From assembly GCF_049554935.1 (NCBI RefSeq), contig NZ_CP186926.1, positions 928,001 to 992,000 on the forward strand: a stretch of DNA of 64,000 nucleotides. The letters run 5' to 3'. This DNA is from Methanocaldococcus indicus. Lineage in GTDB: Archaea > AGJL01 > Methanococci > Methanococcales > Methanocaldococcaceae. Under the pieces are notes generated by a model. That model was given only the letters and a program-made list of their open reading frames with translations. It was not told the DNA's origin and made no database searches. Positions 44,052 through 57,600 of the stretch are shown one piece after another; within the stretch, counting starts at the first letter, position 1; each line of letters starts with the position of its first letter. The translations under genes were made by a program, and so were the position numbers.

Positions 44052-45296
44052 TTACATAATCTCTTCTTCTGGATATGCTGGCATTTTGTGCTCAGCTAAA
44101 TCTAATCCTTTTAGCTCTTCTTCTTCACTAACTCTTAATCCCATTATCATATCTACTATTTTAGCTAAGATAAATCCTAATCCAGTTCCATAAACAATAC
44201 AGAATATTGATGCAATTATTTGGTCTATTAAACTAACTCCTCCAGCTCCTCCAAACATTTTCATTCCAAAGATTCCTGCCAATATTGCACCAACAACTCC
44301 TGCAGTTCCATGAACTGGAACAACTCCACAGACATCATCTAATCCAGCTTTTTCAACCAATCTATAAACAATTGGGACTTGTAATCCAGCTGCTAAACCA
44401 ATTAATAACCCTCCAATAGGACTTACAACATCTGTTCCTGAACAGATAGCAACTAAACCAGCAACTATTCCATTAGCTGTAAAGAGAACATCATTTTTAG
44501 AAGCTATTAATGCTCCAATTCCTCCCCCAGCCATTGCCATTGTTGTTGTTGCACAAACTAACCCAGAAATATCTCCTAAAGCTAATGAACTTCCTACGTT
44601 GAATCCATACCATCCAATAGCTAATGCAAAAGCCCCAAAAACAGCCATTGGTATATTATGTCCTAATATTGGAACTGGTTTTCCATTAACAAACCTTCCA
44701 ATTCTTGGACCTAATGCTAATATTGCCCCTAAAGCTAAAAATCCTCCTAAACCATGGACAACTAAACTTCCTGCATAGTCATGCCATGGAACAATTGAAG
44801 CTCCCCAAGGACCTAAATATACAAACAATGGATATAAAAATGCAGTAATTATTAAAGAAATAATAACATAAGCACTGAATTTAATTCTTTCTGCAACTCC
44901 TCCAGATACTATTGTTGCTGCTGTTGCACAGAAGACAAGTCCAAAGAACCAGCTTGCTAAATCTAAACCATTATTTGGCCAATTTGAACCTAATATTTTA
45001 TGCCACCAATCAATATATGCTGAAATATCAAAACCAGAAGATGCTAATATACCACCAATAAACAACCAAGAAACACAACCAATAAGCCAATCAACCATAT
45101 TTTTCATCATAACATTATTAACATTTTTCTTTCTAACTTGACCTCCCTCAAGCATTGCAAAGCCCCACTGCATCATGAAGACAAGAACACCCATAACAAC
45201 AAGGAAAAATACATCTGAAGCATTTGCTAAATGCACCAATGCCTGAACAATGGAATGAATATTGTTTGCATTTGCAAATAAATCTGCTGTTGCCAT
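44052..45296 (-). CDS. amtB: ammonium transporter Amt
   Basis: GFAMLEGG, ATIVSGGVAER, HDYAGSLVVH, GWYGFN, DDVCGVVPVHG. Confidence 0.96.
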   Translation of the reverse strand: MATADLFANANNIHSIVQALVHLANASDVFFLVVMGVLVFMMQWGFAMLEGGQVRKKNVNNVMMKNMVDWLIGCVSWLFIGGILASSGFDISAYIDWWHKILGSNWPNNGLDLASWFFGLVFCATAATIVSGGVAERIKFSAYVIISLIITAFLYPLFVYLGPWGASIVPWHDYAGSLVVHGLGGFLALGAILALGPRIGRFVNGKPVPILGHNIPMAVFGAFALAIGWYGFNVGSSLALGDISGLVCATTTMAMAGGGIGALIASKNDVLFTANGIVAGLVAICSGTDVVSPIGGLLIGLAAGLQVPIVYRLVEKAGLDDVCGVVPVHGTAGVVGAILAGIFGMKMFGGAGGVSLIDQIIASIFCIVYGTGLGFILAKIVDMIMGLRVSEEEELKGLDLAEHKMPAYPEEEIM

Positions 45297-45315
45297 TTGT
45301 TTTCACCTCTTCTTA

Positions 45316-45760
<445 letters not shown>

Positions 45761-45761
<1 letters not shown>

Positions 45762-46384
45762 TACATTTTAAAAATATATTTGAATTCTTTAAATATTTTG
45801 TTTTTGTCTTTCTCTAAAAGTTTATCTAAGATGTATATATTACAATTTTTTGAGATTTCTTCTTTATCTAAGTTCCATTTAAATTTTTTAGTTGTTGCAA
45901 TAACTCCATTTTTTATATTTAGTAGGTTCATAACTCCAAGAAGTTTTAAAAGAGTATTAGAGCCAACAAATTTATTTTTGCACTCAAAAATTATTATTTT
46001 GTTGTTATACTCTACTAATAAATCAATTTCTGTTAATCCACTATCTTTGTATTTAACATCTAAGTTTCTTACTACTTTAACATCTTTTTTAGATTCTCTA
46101 AAAAACTCTAAGACAGTGTAATACAACCAAAATTCAAATATCATTCCTGGATTTAAATTAGGTTTTTTACAAAAATGTAAATCAAGAATATTTTTTAATT
46201 TATTTATATATTCACATTCTTCTAAGGTTAAAAGGACTTTTCTATAACTAACCTTATTTAATGATTGATTAAACAATTCATTTAATGTATTTTGAAATTT
46301 CTCACAGGAGTATCCTCTTAATAGATAGTTATTAATTTTTATTTTAACTTCTTTTTCATCCTTTAATCTTAATGAGTTTAACAT
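45761..46384 (-). CDS. PD-(D/E)xK nuclease-fold protein (DUF1887/Card1-like nuclease domain)
   Basis: G.IFE...EIDLLVEYNNKIIIFECK motif. Confidence 0.65.
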
Positions 46385-46460
46385 TGTTATAACTCCACAT
46401 AATAATTTTATATTAATAAGTTAGTTGTTCATTAAATAAAAAAATTTTGAGGAGATATGT

Positions 46461-47366
46461 ATGTTAAATATTGAGCTTTGTGGAGTCAAGTTTAAAAATC
46501 CTGTATTTTTGGCAAGTGGAATAATGGGCTCAACAGGAAAATCTTTATTAAAAATGGCTAAATGTGGTGCTGGGGCAGTTACTACAAAATCAATATCTCT
46601 AAATGAAAGAGAAGGTCACAAGAATCCAACAATTGTAGAGTTAGATGATAGTTTATTAAATGCTATTGGATTATGTAGTCCTGGAGTAGATGAATTTTTA
46701 GAAGAAATAAAAGAAATAAAAAGTTATCTAAATAAGATGAATACTAAGTTAATTGTATCTATTTTTGGAGAAAATGAGGAAGAATTTAAAGAAATTGCTA
46801 AAAAAGTTGAACATCTTGCAGATATTATTGAGTTAAATATTTCTTGTCCTCATGCAAAAGGAGTAAATAAAATTATAGGGCAGAATCCTGATTTAACTTA
46901 TTCAATATGTAAGGAAGTAAAAAAATCTGTTAAAGTTCCTGTTTTTGTTAAATTAACTCCAAATGTAACTGATGTGATAGAAATTGCCTCAGCTGCAAAT
47001 GATGCTAAAATTGATGGATTTACAGCAATAAACACTGTTAGAGGTCTCGCAATAGATATAAAAGCTAAAAAACCAATATTGGCAAATAAATTTGGGGGAT
47101 TGAGTGGAAAGGCAATAAAACCTATTGGATTAAGAGTAGTTTATGAACTTTATGAAAACTTCAATAAGCCAATTATAGGAGTGGGAGGTATCTTTTCTGG
47201 ATATGATGCTATTGAATATTTCTTAGCAGGAGCTTCAGCTGTGCAAGTAGGAACAGCTGTATTAAAAGATTATGAAATTTTTAAAAAAATAAACAAAGAA
47301 ATAGAAGAGTATTTGTTAGAAGAAAATTTAACTTTAAAAGATATTGTAGGATTAGCTCATGAATAA
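46461..47366 (+). CDS. pyrD: dihydroorotate dehydrogenase catalytic subunit
   Basis: NPVFLASG, TTKS, ELNISCPH, VKLTPN, GGLSG, VQVGTA. Confidence 0.95.
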   Translation: MLNIELCGVKFKNPVFLASGIMGSTGKSLLKMAKCGAGAVTTKSISLNEREGHKNPTIVELDDSLLNAIGLCSPGVDEFLEEIKEIKSYLNKMNTKLIVSIFGENEEEFKEIAKKVEHLADIIELNISCPHAKGVNKIIGQNPDLTYSICKEVKKSVKVPVFVKLTPNVTDVIEIASAANDAKIDGFTAINTVRGLAIDIKAKKPILANKFGGLSGKAIKPIGLRVVYELYENFNKPIIGVGGIFSGYDAIEYFLAGASAVQVGTAVLKDYEIFKKINKEIEEYLLEENLTLKDIVGLAHE

Positions 47367-47383
47367 AAAAAAAGTTTTTTGAT

Positions 47384-47692
47384 TTATCCAAATAAAGCTG
47401 CCAATCCTGCAGCTGCAGCTCCAACATCTTCCTCTTTCTTCTCTTCTTTCTTCTCTTCTTCTTTTTTCTCCTCTTCTGCTGGTGCAGGAGCAGCAGCTGG
47501 AGCAGCTGCAACTGGCATTGCTGCATTTGCTATTGCTTCTTCAATATCTACTCCTTCTAATCCAGCAACTAATGCCTTAACTCTTGCTTCATCTACTTCT
47601 ACACCTGCTGCAGATAAAACTGCTTTTAAGTTTTCTTCATTTATTTCTTTTCCAGCTGCATGTAATAATAATGCTGCATATATGTATTCCAT
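47384..47692 (-). CDS. rpl12: 50S ribosomal protein L12 (P1)
   Basis: [11 protein letters not shown], Ala-rich hinge, acidic tail, GLAALFG. Confidence 0.97.
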   Translation of the reverse strand: MEYIYAALLLHAAGKEINEENLKAVLSAAGVEVDEARVKALVAGLEGVDIEEAIANAAMPVAAAPAAAPAPAEEEKKEEEKKEEKKEEDVGAAAAGLAALFG

Positions 47693-47799
47693 TTTTTACA
47701 CCTCCAAAGTTGTATTATGTGTTTTTATATTTTTCAAACCTAAATAGAAAAAATGTTTAAGGAGTTTATATATTTTAAATAGTTATAAATAATTTTCGG

Positions 47800-48816
47800 T
47801 TAGAACAAGAAAGCCAAACCAGCTGCGGCAGTTTCTTCTTCTTTCTTCTCTTCTTCTTTTTTCTCCTCTTCTTTTGGTGTTTCTTCTTTTTTCTCTTCTA
47901 CAACTGGTTGTGAAGATAATTTTTCTTTAATTTCTTCATCTAATGCTTCATCTGGAAGTTTAGATGCTAATGCTAATGCTTGTGCATAAGCTTTTGCTAA
48001 GATATCTGGAGCAGTATCTTTACTTACATAGCAAGCTTCAATAGCAACAGCTTTTGCATTGATAAATGCTTTTTGTAAGAGGAGTGGTAAAACTTCCTTA
48101 GCTGGATATGCTATATTAAATGCTAAGTTCATTGCTTGTTGATAAGCCAACTGAATATCATTGTATAATTTTTCTTCATCAACTTTTAAAGTATCTGGTG
48201 TATAAATAATTCCATCTTCATAAACAGCTAATATATCTAAACCAACTTTAATAGGCTTTATACCCAATTTGTTTAATACATTAGCAACTTCTTGAGAAAC
48301 TACTTCTCCTTTTTTAACAACAACTTTGTCCTCTTTTATAGCAATTTTACCTTTTTCTATTGCTGCTGGAATTCCTACTCTTTTTAATTCAGATAAGAAA
48401 GGCCCTGGAGGAATTCCAGTAGAACCTTTTTCAACTTTTATATCACAAGGAGCAATTTGTCCTGCTTTAACAGGAGCAGGACTTTTATTTTCTTCTAACA
48501 TTTTGTAGAGTTTGAAAGGATTCATATCAGTAACTAAGATAGCTGCCCCTCTTTCTATATAATTAGCTAATTCAGCTAATTTTGGATTGTTCAATTCTTG
48601 AGCAGCTTCTTTTAAAGCTCTCTCTATTAAAGTGTTTCTTGACATTCTTAATTTAACTTTATCTCTTATTTTGTCTCTTATTTCTTGTAATTGAGGGGCT
48701 GGAACATCCATCATATCTACTAATGCAACAACAGGCTTACTTTTAATTAGCCCCTTTAATGTTTTTACTTCCTCAAACTTCCAAGGGGCTACATGAGCTT
48801 TAACTTTTGTCTCCAT
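47800..48816 (-). CDS. rpl10: 50S ribosomal protein L10 (P0)
   Basis: HVAPWK, MSRNTL, TGIPPGP, acidic tail, GLAFLF. Confidence 0.97.
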   Translation of the reverse strand: METKVKAHVAPWKFEEVKTLKGLIKSKPVVALVDMMDVPAPQLQEIRDKIRDKVKLRMSRNTLIERALKEAAQELNNPKLAELANYIERGAAILVTDMNPFKLYKMLEENKSPAPVKAGQIAPCDIKVEKGSTGIPPGPFLSELKRVGIPAAIEKGKIAIKEDKVVVKKGEVVSQEVANVLNKLGIKPIKVGLDILAVYEDGIIYTPDTLKVDEEKLYNDIQLAYQQAMNLAFNIAYPAKEVLPLLLQKAFINAKAVAIEACYVSKDTAPDILAKAYAQALALASKLPDEALDEEIKEKLSSQPVVEEKKEETPKEEEKKEEEKKEEETAAAGLAFLF

Positions 48817-48830
48817 AAATTATCCCCTAT

Positions 48831-49496
48831 TTATTTTTTCTTTTTCTTATCTTTGTCTTTTTCTATTTTTATAGCTGGTCCCATTGTTAATTTTACATAA
48901 GCATCTTTTATATGGTAGAGTCCTTTTTCATACTTTTGTGCAACAACATTTAAAACAGCTTCAATATTATCAACTATCTGCTCATCAGTCATTTTTTCAT
49001 TTCCTACTAATACTTGGAAGTAAGGTTTATCTCTTGTGTTTATAACAACTGTCTTTTTTAATCTTTCAACTAATGGTTTTATATTTGCATTTGCTGGAAC
49101 TGGCTTAGGCATTTTACCTCTTGGACCTAAAATAACTCCCCAATATCTACCAATTAGAGGCATTAAATCTGCCTGAGCAATAAAGAAGTCATGAGCTTTT
49201 GCTAATTTTCTTAATTCTCTTTTATTTTTACCAAGTTCTTCAATTTGTTCCTTTCTAATAGCAGTTAATCCTAATTCTTCTGCCTGTTTTATTAAATCTC
49301 CTGTACCAATAACAGCTATTCTTGCTGGTTTTCCTCTACCATGAGGTAAGACAACTTCTGCTTTTATTCTGTTTTCAGGTTTTCTCATATCAATTTCTTT
49401 TAATGTAGCAATAAATTCAAAGGATTGTGTGAAGTTTCTCGGCTTCGCCTTTTGGCGAGCCTCCTTCACTGCTTGTAAAATTGCTTCTCTGTCCAT
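48831..49496 (-). CDS. rpl1: 50S ribosomal protein L1
   Basis: [26 protein letters not shown]; GGGAGG SD before ATG 49496. Confidence 0.97.
   Translation of the reverse strand: MDREAILQAVKEARQKAKPRNFTQSFEFIATLKEIDMRKPENRIKAEVVLPHGRGKPARIAVIGTGDLIKQAEELGLTAIRKEQIEELGKNKRELRKLAKAHDFFIAQADLMPLIGRYWGVILGPRGKMPKPVPANANIKPLVERLKKTVVINTRDKPYFQVLVGNEKMTDEQIVDNIEAVLNVVAQKYEKGLYHIKDAYVKLTMGPAIKIEKDKDKKKKK
49429..49469 (-). promoter_or_regulatory. L1 autoregulatory mRNA binding site inside rpl1
   Basis: GC-rich GUGAAG-GAG-GCUCGCC-AAAA-GGCGAAGC-CGAGAAA-CUUCAC about 30 nt after the start codon; matches the established position of the Methanococcales L1 operator. Confidence 0.85.
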
Positions 49497-49736
49497 AGAT
49501 TCCTCCCTGTTTATTTTTTGTTTCAAGAAAAGAGAAAACAAATATTTGCTAAGATTCTATTATCTTAGATTTTATGTAGTAAAAAGCACACACTATATAT
49601 AAAACTTTCTATAATTAATATTTGTGGTAATTTATATAATGAAATATACAAATATTAGGTAAGTTATAACCCATTATATTCAATATATTCTTAAATTCTT
49701 ATTCAAAATTGAAATTATGGAAAAAATAAAAAAATT

Positions 49737-50228
<492 letters not shown>

Positions 50229-50424
50229 AATTCACTATAAATTATAACAACAATATAAAAATTTTGCGATTTTAATTTACTAATTTAGATATAAAAATTA
50301 AAGTTAATTTTAAATATAATAAAACTAATTTTAATATTGATTATTAAATAATGATAATAAATTATAAATATTAGTTATTACATGATATTATTTACAACTT
50401 GAATTGTATTACTACGGTGATAAT

Positions 50425-50613
50425 ATGGATGAGATAGATAGAAAAGCCGTATCCATATTATTAAATGCTCCAACAGTAAATGAGCAAGAACTAAAAATTA
50501 TATTAAGAGAATTAAGGAACTTAGCTAAATATAAAAGAAAAAAAGAAAATTTATCAAAACATGTTAATGAAATTTTGGATTATTGGGCATCTATTGCTTA
50601 TAAGATGTGTTAA
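50425..50613 (+). CDS. small hypothetical protein
   Basis: GGTGA SD before ATG 50425; host-like composition. Confidence 0.65.
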   Translation: MDEIDRKAVSILLNAPTVNEQELKIILRELRNLAKYKRKKENLSKHVNEILDYWASIAYKMC

Positions 50614-50628
50614 ATTTTTAAATATTCC

Positions 50629-51207
50629 TTATTGTTGTTTTTCTTCTTCTTTTGCTTTTTTGTAAGATTCTTCTAATTTTTTAATAGCTAACCTAACTCC
50701 TTCTTCTATTTCTGCATGGAAGATATTTCCTAAATTGATTAATACAATAACAGCCCAGATAACAATTAATATTAAAACAATTCCAGCAATAACTGGAGCT
50801 ATTCCTGCTAATATTGGCAATGCAAATATATAGGCAATTATTACAACTATTAAGTATGCTAATCCTCTAAAACCTCTTCTATACTTTTTTAATTTTTCAT
50901 CAGTTATTCTTTCTCCTGCAATTATTGCTGCTATAATATCAGCAATACCATCCATTAATTCTCCAAAATCTTTTGCTATTCTTAAAAATATAAACAACAA
51001 AGCTAAACCTATAATTATAGAAATTATAGGTTTTAGAGCAGTTAATCCAAATAAATAAGGATTGCCTAACATATCAGCCAATGGAATAAATACCAAAACC
51101 CCAAATAACCAAATTAAAGCAGCTACTACTAAACTTACTATTATTTGTGGAGCATTTTCTTTTAATTTTAAAATTCCTTCTTCATATACTTTTTCAGCAA
51201 TCTTCAT
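50629..51207 (-). CDS. hypothetical membrane protein (4 TM)
   Basis: Four hydrophobic segments; GAGGTG SD. Confidence 0.75.
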   Translation of the reverse strand: MKIAEKVYEEGILKLKENAPQIIVSLVVAALIWLFGVLVFIPLADMLGNPYLFGLTALKPIISIIIGLALLFIFLRIAKDFGELMDGIADIIAAIIAGERITDEKLKKYRRGFRGLAYLIVVIIAYIFALPILAGIAPVIAGIVLILIVIWAVIVLINLGNIFHAEIEEGVRLAIKKLEESYKKAKEEEKQQ

Positions 51208-51459
51208 GAATAACACCTCTTATATTTTTTTTATATTTATATTCTTATTTTTTAATGTCAATTTCTAATCAATCTAATATATATAATTTACTGCAAATGA
51301 ATTCATATAAATATTAAACAGAATATAAAAATATAATGATTCAATAGTATATAATAAATAATTGAAATAAATAATTTAATGAGGATATCTAACATTTAAA
51401 TAGCTTTAATAATAATTTAGGAATAATGAAATAATAATATAAATAATTTTGGTGAAAAT

Positions 51460-51903
51460 ATGTATAAGAAAATAGTTATTCCTACTGATGGCTCAGATGT
51501 TTCTAATGAAGCACTTAAGCATGGATATTATATAGCAAAAAAGATGGATGCAGAAGTTTATGTTATATATGTTGTTGATATCTCACCATTTGTAGGTTTG
51601 CCTGCTGAGGGTACTTGGGAAATGATTGAACAGATGTTAAAAGAAGAAGGAGAAGAAATTCTAAAAAAATCTAAAGAAATTGCCAATGAATATGACTTAG
51701 ATGTTAAAACTGAACTTTTAGAAGGAATTCCTGCTAAAGAGATTGTAGAATTTGCTGAAAAGATTAAGGCAGATTTAATAGTTATGGGAACAACTGGAAA
51801 AACAGGTTTAGAAAGAATTTTATTAGGAAGTGTAGCTGAAAGAGTAATTAAGAATTCCCACTGTCCTGTTTTAGTTGTAAAAAAACCAAAAAAAGAAGAA
51901 TAA
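51460..51903 (+). CDS. universal stress protein
   Basis: IVIPTDGS, ADLIVMGTTG..GL..ILLGSVAERV, PVLVV. Confidence 0.95.
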   Translation: MYKKIVIPTDGSDVSNEALKHGYYIAKKMDAEVYVIYVVDISPFVGLPAEGTWEMIEQMLKEEGEEILKKSKEIANEYDLDVKTELLEGIPAKEIVEFAEKIKADLIVMGTTGKTGLERILLGSVAERVIKNSHCPVLVVKKPKKEE

Positions 51904-53076
51904 TTAAATTAAATCTTTAAAGTATTTTAATAATTTTGGTTTTACTATAATTTTTTTAATAAACTTTTTTAAATCAATATCATCTAACTTCTCTCCTAAG
52001 GTTTTAGCTAATTCATCTAACTCTTCATCATCCATTTTTTCTAAGATTTTTCTATATTTTAAATGAGATATTAGATAATTGTAATGTCTCTCTTTCCATC
52101 TATCCTCATAAACTTTGAGATATTCTTCCGACCAATTTTTATTTTTAATGGCTTCTCCAGCCACTTCACCAGCTATAAATCCACAATCCATAGCTAAATA
52201 TATCCCTCCACCAGTAAGAGGACTTATTTGTCCAGCTGCATCTCCAACTACCAAAACTCCATCAGTATATGTCTTCTCTATTGGCCCAGAAACTGGAGCT
52301 CCTCCAACTTTAAACTCTATTGGGGTAGCCTTATCTAATCTATCTTTAACTAAGTTATACTCTAAAAATTCATAAAGATAATCTATTGCTTTTTTCTTTT
52401 TGTCTCTAACACCTAAACCAACATTTGCTGTTTCTCCCTTAGGAAATATCCAAGCATAACCTTTTGGAGCAATATCATTTCCAAAATAAAACTCCATCAT
52501 CTCATTGTTTATAAATTTAACATTAACCATCTCAAACTCTGCACATGAACAAACTTCTAATGGTTTCTTTTTACATTTTAAACCAGCATACTCTGCTATA
52601 TTACTCTCAACCCCATCAGCTGCTATAACTATCTTACTTCTAACTTCATACTCATCTCCTAAGTATTCAACTACAACAATCCACTCATCTCCATCTCTTT
52701 CCAATCTTAGAGCTGTTGATTTTATAGAACATTTAGCTCCAGCTTTTACTGCTCTTATTGCAAGATATTTATCAAAAATTTTCCTTTCTACAACATAACC
52801 TTGTGCTTTGTCTTGTCTAATCTCTATTCTATACCCTGATGGAGAAAATAAATATCCTCCAACTATTTTGTTTCTTATAAATTCTTCTTTTGGTTCAATA
52901 CCAAAATCTTCTAAAAAAGGAATTGCCTCTGCACATCTTACAGGTTCTCCTATCTCTTGGCTTTTTTCAATTAAAAGTGTTTTAGCACCTTTCTTAGCTG
53001 ATGAGTATGCTGCACAACTACCTCCAGGTCCTGCTCCAACTACAACTACATCATAACTCTCTTTAAGCTCTTTCAT
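51904..53076 (-). CDS. digeranylgeranylglycerophospholipid (geranylgeranyl) reductase
   Basis: [37 protein letters not shown]. Confidence 0.9.
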   Translation of the reverse strand: MKELKESYDVVVVGAGPGGSCAAYSSAKKGAKTLLIEKSQEIGEPVRCAEAIPFLEDFGIEPKEEFIRNKIVGGYLFSPSGYRIEIRQDKAQGYVVERKIFDKYLAIRAVKAGAKCSIKSTALRLERDGDEWIVVVEYLGDEYEVRSKIVIAADGVESNIAEYAGLKCKKKPLEVCSCAEFEMVNVKFINNEMMEFYFGNDIAPKGYAWIFPKGETANVGLGVRDKKKKAIDYLYEFLEYNLVKDRLDKATPIEFKVGGAPVSGPIEKTYTDGVLVVGDAAGQISPLTGGGIYLAMDCGFIAGEVAGEAIKNKNWSEEYLKVYEDRWKERHYNYLISHLKYRKILEKMDDEELDELAKTLGEKLDDIDLKKFIKKIIVKPKLLKYFKDLI

Positions 53077-53245
53077 TATCTCCCTCTAATGCATTTAAAG
53101 GACATATAATTACACAAGATAAGCAGTTGTTACACTTATTTTTATCAATAATTATTGTTTCTTCAATTAGTTGGATAGCTAATCTTTCACAAACTCCTAC
53201 ACAAGCTCCACAATGGCCACATCTTAGAAAATTAAATTTAACCAT
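53063..53245 (-). CDS. 2[4Fe-4S] ferredoxin coupled to the reductase
   Basis: [11 protein letters not shown] and [12 protein letters not shown]. Confidence 0.9.
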   Translation of the reverse strand: MVKFNFLRCGHCGACVGVCERLAIQLIEETIIIDKNKCNNCLSCVIICPLNALEGDNERA

Positions 53246-53756
53246 AATCTCCCTCTAAGAAGTATTTTATATCAATTAAAGAGTTATTTTCATCTAATAA
53301 ACAAAGCAATAATTTTTTGTATGGTTTATTAGGAACAGGTATTTCTAAGGTTATTGTTCTTTCTTCATTTGGTTTAAGAGTTATAAAATCTGACTCTTTT
53401 GGATTATATACATATCCATTTCCTATATCAAATGTAGCATAAACCTTAAACTTTCCTGTTCTATTTCCAAAGTTTTTTATTTTGAATACAAACTTTACAA
53501 ACTTATAATTTCTCTCTGTATATAAATAAGCTTTACAGTCCCAGACATAAAGAGGTTTATTATATGATATAACAAAAATTTTAGATTTTTTGTTTAAATA
53601 TTCTTCTGGAATATCTCCAATCTTCCAACCTTGTGATGTTGTTTCAATATAGTAGTAGTGTTTATTGTTATAAGAATAATAATATCCAGGAGAATTGTTT
53701 AAAGCTATTCCTACTGTAATATGGTTATTAAACTCTATCAAAGCTACATCATAACC
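53238..53756 (-). pseudogene. 5'-truncated transglutaminase-like protein with C-terminal beta-sandwich
   Basis: Frame reads GYDVALIEFNNHITVGI...YYYIETT..GW.IG directly after an in-frame TAG; the catalytic-Cys half is absent. Confidence 0.55.
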
Positions 53757-53840
53757 CTATGTTATTAAGAAATTATTCCACAACATTTATAAACTTAGTT
53801 ATTATTATACTAACTGAAATAAAATTATAATGGTGATTGA

Positions 53841-54653
53841 ATGTCTTTATTGTATAAAGAAATCCAAAAATATGAGTCTATACTCAATGAAATAAAAAAG
53901 TTCCCTGGAATACTAAATATTGATGTTATAGATAAAGATACAGGAGAGCCTGTACTTTCACATAATTATAATAGTGAAAGATTGCATATAATTCCTCTAT
54001 TAAATAGTTTAGTATCTGACATGTTAAATAAAGAACTATGTAGTACTGACGAAATAGTAATAAAAAATAAGGATAAAAAGTATTTAATTAAACCATTAAA
54101 TAATACAATAATCATTATTGAGTATTTATTGGAATTTGAATCTGAAGTTTTTAATATTATTAAAAAATTTGAAGGTATTATAAATAAAATTGACAAATTA
54201 ACATATAAAAATTTATCAGTTATTCCTCTAAAATCTATTTTAGATAATTCAAAGAAAAAAAAGGTATCTGTAGCATTATTCAGATTATTTAGATTTGTTG
54301 ATTTTGATAAGTATTTTAATATTTCCAATGAGAAGATAATGTTTTATTTTGGAAAAGAAATTATAAGTTCTCTAAATTTAAGAAAATTTGAGGATTTTGT
54401 AGAATTTTTCAAAGAGTATGATATTGGAAAGATAGATATAACTAATAAAAACCCAATAACTGTAGATGTATATGATTGTATATCATGCTCAGGTATTGGT
54501 AATATAAATAGGACCCTATGTTACTTTGAAGCAGGACTAATTTCAGGATTTTTTGAAGAACAAAAAAATATAAAATTTGATATAACAGAAGTAAAGTGTT
54601 GTGGTTTAGGAGATAATTTTTGTAGATTTTTATTAACTTCCAAAAAAATTTAA
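53841..54653 (+). CDS. V4R (4-vinyl reductase) domain protein with N-terminal roadblock-like region
   Basis: VYDCISC, LCYFEAGLISG, EVKCCGLGDNFCRF. Confidence 0.85.
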   Translation: MSLLYKEIQKYESILNEIKKFPGILNIDVIDKDTGEPVLSHNYNSERLHIIPLLNSLVSDMLNKELCSTDEIVIKNKDKKYLIKPLNNTIIIIEYLLEFESEVFNIIKKFEGIINKIDKLTYKNLSVIPLKSILDNSKKKKVSVALFRLFRFVDFDKYFNISNEKIMFYFGKEIISSLNLRKFEDFVEFFKEYDIGKIDITNKNPITVDVYDCISCSGIGNINRTLCYFEAGLISGFFEEQKNIKFDITEVKCCGLGDNFCRFLLTSKKI

Positions 54654-54674
54654 AATATTTTTTGGTGTTGTAAA

Positions 54675-57600
54675 TTGTTAAAGAGAATTGTATTAAAAAA
54701 TTTTAAGTCATTTAAGAATTTAGAGTTAGAGATTCCAGAAGGTTTTACAGCAATTGTAGGACCAAATGGCTCTGGAAAAAGTAATATTGTAGATGCTATT
54801 TTATTTGTTTTAGGAAGAAGTTCTGCAAAAAAACTTAGGGCTGATAGATTTAAGAATCTAATAACTTATCATAATGGTAGAAGAGCAGACTATGCAGAAG
54901 TTGCTATTTTCCTAAAAAATGATAAAATTAAAGATTTACCAGAAGAATTTGGTATTTTGAGAAGAATAAAAAAATCTGGTGAGACTGATTATTATTTAAT
55001 CTTAGAAGATAAAAGAAAGAAATTAACAAAAACTGAAATAATTGATATATTCAGAAAAATGAATTTATTGAATAATAATGTTATCTCTCAAGGAGATTTA
55101 GCAAAAATAATAAATATTTCTCCAATAGAAAGGAGAAAAATTATAGATGAAATTAGTGGAATTGCTGAATTTGATGAGAAAAAAAAGAAAGCAGAAGAAG
55201 AGTTAAAAAAGGCAAGGGAATTAATTGAGATGATAGATATAAGGATTAGTGAAGTTAAAAATCAACTTAATAGATTAAAGAAAGAGAAAGAAGATGCTGA
55301 AAAATATTTAAAATTAAAAGATTTATTAAATAGAGCAAGATACACACTATATTTAAAAAAAGTTGAATATTTAAGAGAAGTAATTAACAATATAAACAAC
55401 AATATAACTCATCTAAAAGAAAAAAAAGAGAAGTTAAATAAGGATATTAAAATTATTGAAGAAGAAATTTCTAAGAAAAATAATGAATTAAAAAATATTT
55501 TAAGCAAATTAGAGGATAAAGAAGTTATATCATTATATAAAGAAATAAAAGAGTTGGAGTTAGAGATAGAGAATGACAAAAAACTTTTATCTAAACTTAA
55601 AGATGAAGCTAAGAATATAAATAAGGATATAATTAAAAAGAATGAAGAGCTAAAAGATACTATAAAAAAATTGGAAGAATACAAGGAAATAATAAAAAAT
55701 AAAGAAAAGATTTTAGAGGATATTAATAAAAAACTTTATGATTTAACAAAATTAAGAGATGATTTAATAAATAAAATTAAAGATATTAATGAAGAAATAA
55801 ATTCTTTAAAGGAGAAAGAGAATATTCTTAATAGAAAGATTAATGAGAAACAAAATCTATTATATAGCTATAAAGAAAATCTAAGTCAGATTGAGCTAAA
55901 AATAAACCAATTAAACTATGAGCTAAAAAGAAACATTGAAACAATAAAAAAACTAAAAGATGAAATTGACAACATCAAAGAATATGATACAAAAGAACTA
56001 TATTTAAAATTAGAAAACATAAAAGTAGAGATAGAATTTAAGAAAAAGCAAATTAAAGAATTAGAAGAAAAAGAAAAGGAGATTAGAGAAAAACTAAATA
56101 AGTTATATGTAGAATATACAAAGGAAGAAACTAAGATTAAGGCATTGAAAGAACTTGAAGATATACATTTAGATAGAGCAATAAAAGAAGTTTTAAAACT
56201 TCCAGGAGTTATTGATGTTGTAGGTAACTTAGGTAAGACAAAGAAAGAGTATAAATTAGCTATTGAAGTAGCTGGTGGTAATAGATTAAATTATGTTGTT
56301 ACTGAGGATATTGATTCAGCTATAAATGCCATAAACTATTTAAAAAAACACAAATTAGGAAGAGTTACATTTTTACCATTAGATAAGGTTAAAGGTAGAA
56401 AAGCTAAGAATATTTATGAAGATGGAGTTATTGGTAATGCTATTGATTTAGTTGATTTTGATGAGAAATATAGGAATATATTTGAGTTTGTATTTGGAGA
56501 TACTGTTATTGTTGAGAATATTGAGATAGCAAAAGAACTCTCTAAGAAATATAATGTTAGATTTGTTACATTAGAGGGAGAGGTAATTGAAAGTTCAGGA
56601 GCTTTAATTGGTGGAACTTTTAAAAGTAGAGCTAAAATTATGATAGATGTTGATGAAAATAAAATTAAATCAATAGCTAATAAAATTAAAGAGTTAGATA
56701 AAGAATTAGAGAAAATTAAAAATGAATTATCTAATAACAACAAATCTCTAAAAGAACTATTAGCAAAGAAAATAGAATTAGAGAACAAATTAGAATTCAT
56801 TAAAAAAGAAAATTTAAGATTAGAGAAGCTAAAAGAGACAAATAAAAAGAAGATTAATGAGCTAAACTTTATTAATAAAGAACTTAATTTGAAACTTGAA
56901 AATCTTAATAAAGAGAGAAACGATTTAGTTGAAAAGATTAAAGAATTGGAAGATGAGATAAAAACATTAGTTAAAGAAAGGGATGAAATTTTAGCTCAAT
57001 TAAAACAATATGAAAATAGAGAAGAATTTATAAAATTAAAAGATATTGAAAATGAGATAAATGAGCTTTCTATTAAGAAGAACACTATACTTAATGAAAT
57101 TAACAAATATAAAACTTTGGTTGATGAAATTTTAAACCAGAAAATTGAAGAATTAACTTTAAAAATAGAGGAACTAAATAAAAAATTATTCTCCATTAAT
57201 GAAAATATAAAAATATATGAAGAAAATATAAATAAAAACTTAGAGATATTAAAAGAGAAAAAAGATAAGTATGAAAAAATATCAAAAGATTTAAAGGAAC
57301 TAAATAATAAAAAGATTCAAATAGAGTCTGAAATAAGTTCCCTAAAATCTAAAAAATCTGATTTATGGAATGAAATAAATAAGATAGAGAATGAAATAAC
57401 TAAACTTCTATTAGATAAGACAAAATTTGAGACAAAACTTGAAGAAGAAGAGAGAAATCTATATTTATGTGAGATTAAGGAAGTTGATAAAGAACTTTTA
57501 CAAAAACCAATTAAAGATATAGAACTAACAATATACAAAATTGAAGAAGAAATTAGACAATTAGAGCCAGTAAATATGAAGGCAATTGAAGACTATAATT

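Noticed and set aside
47379-47747. Plus-strand ORF with Ser/Phe/Ala runs, and many similar antisense ORFs across the window
   Set aside because: Shadow ORFs of real genes on the opposite strand.
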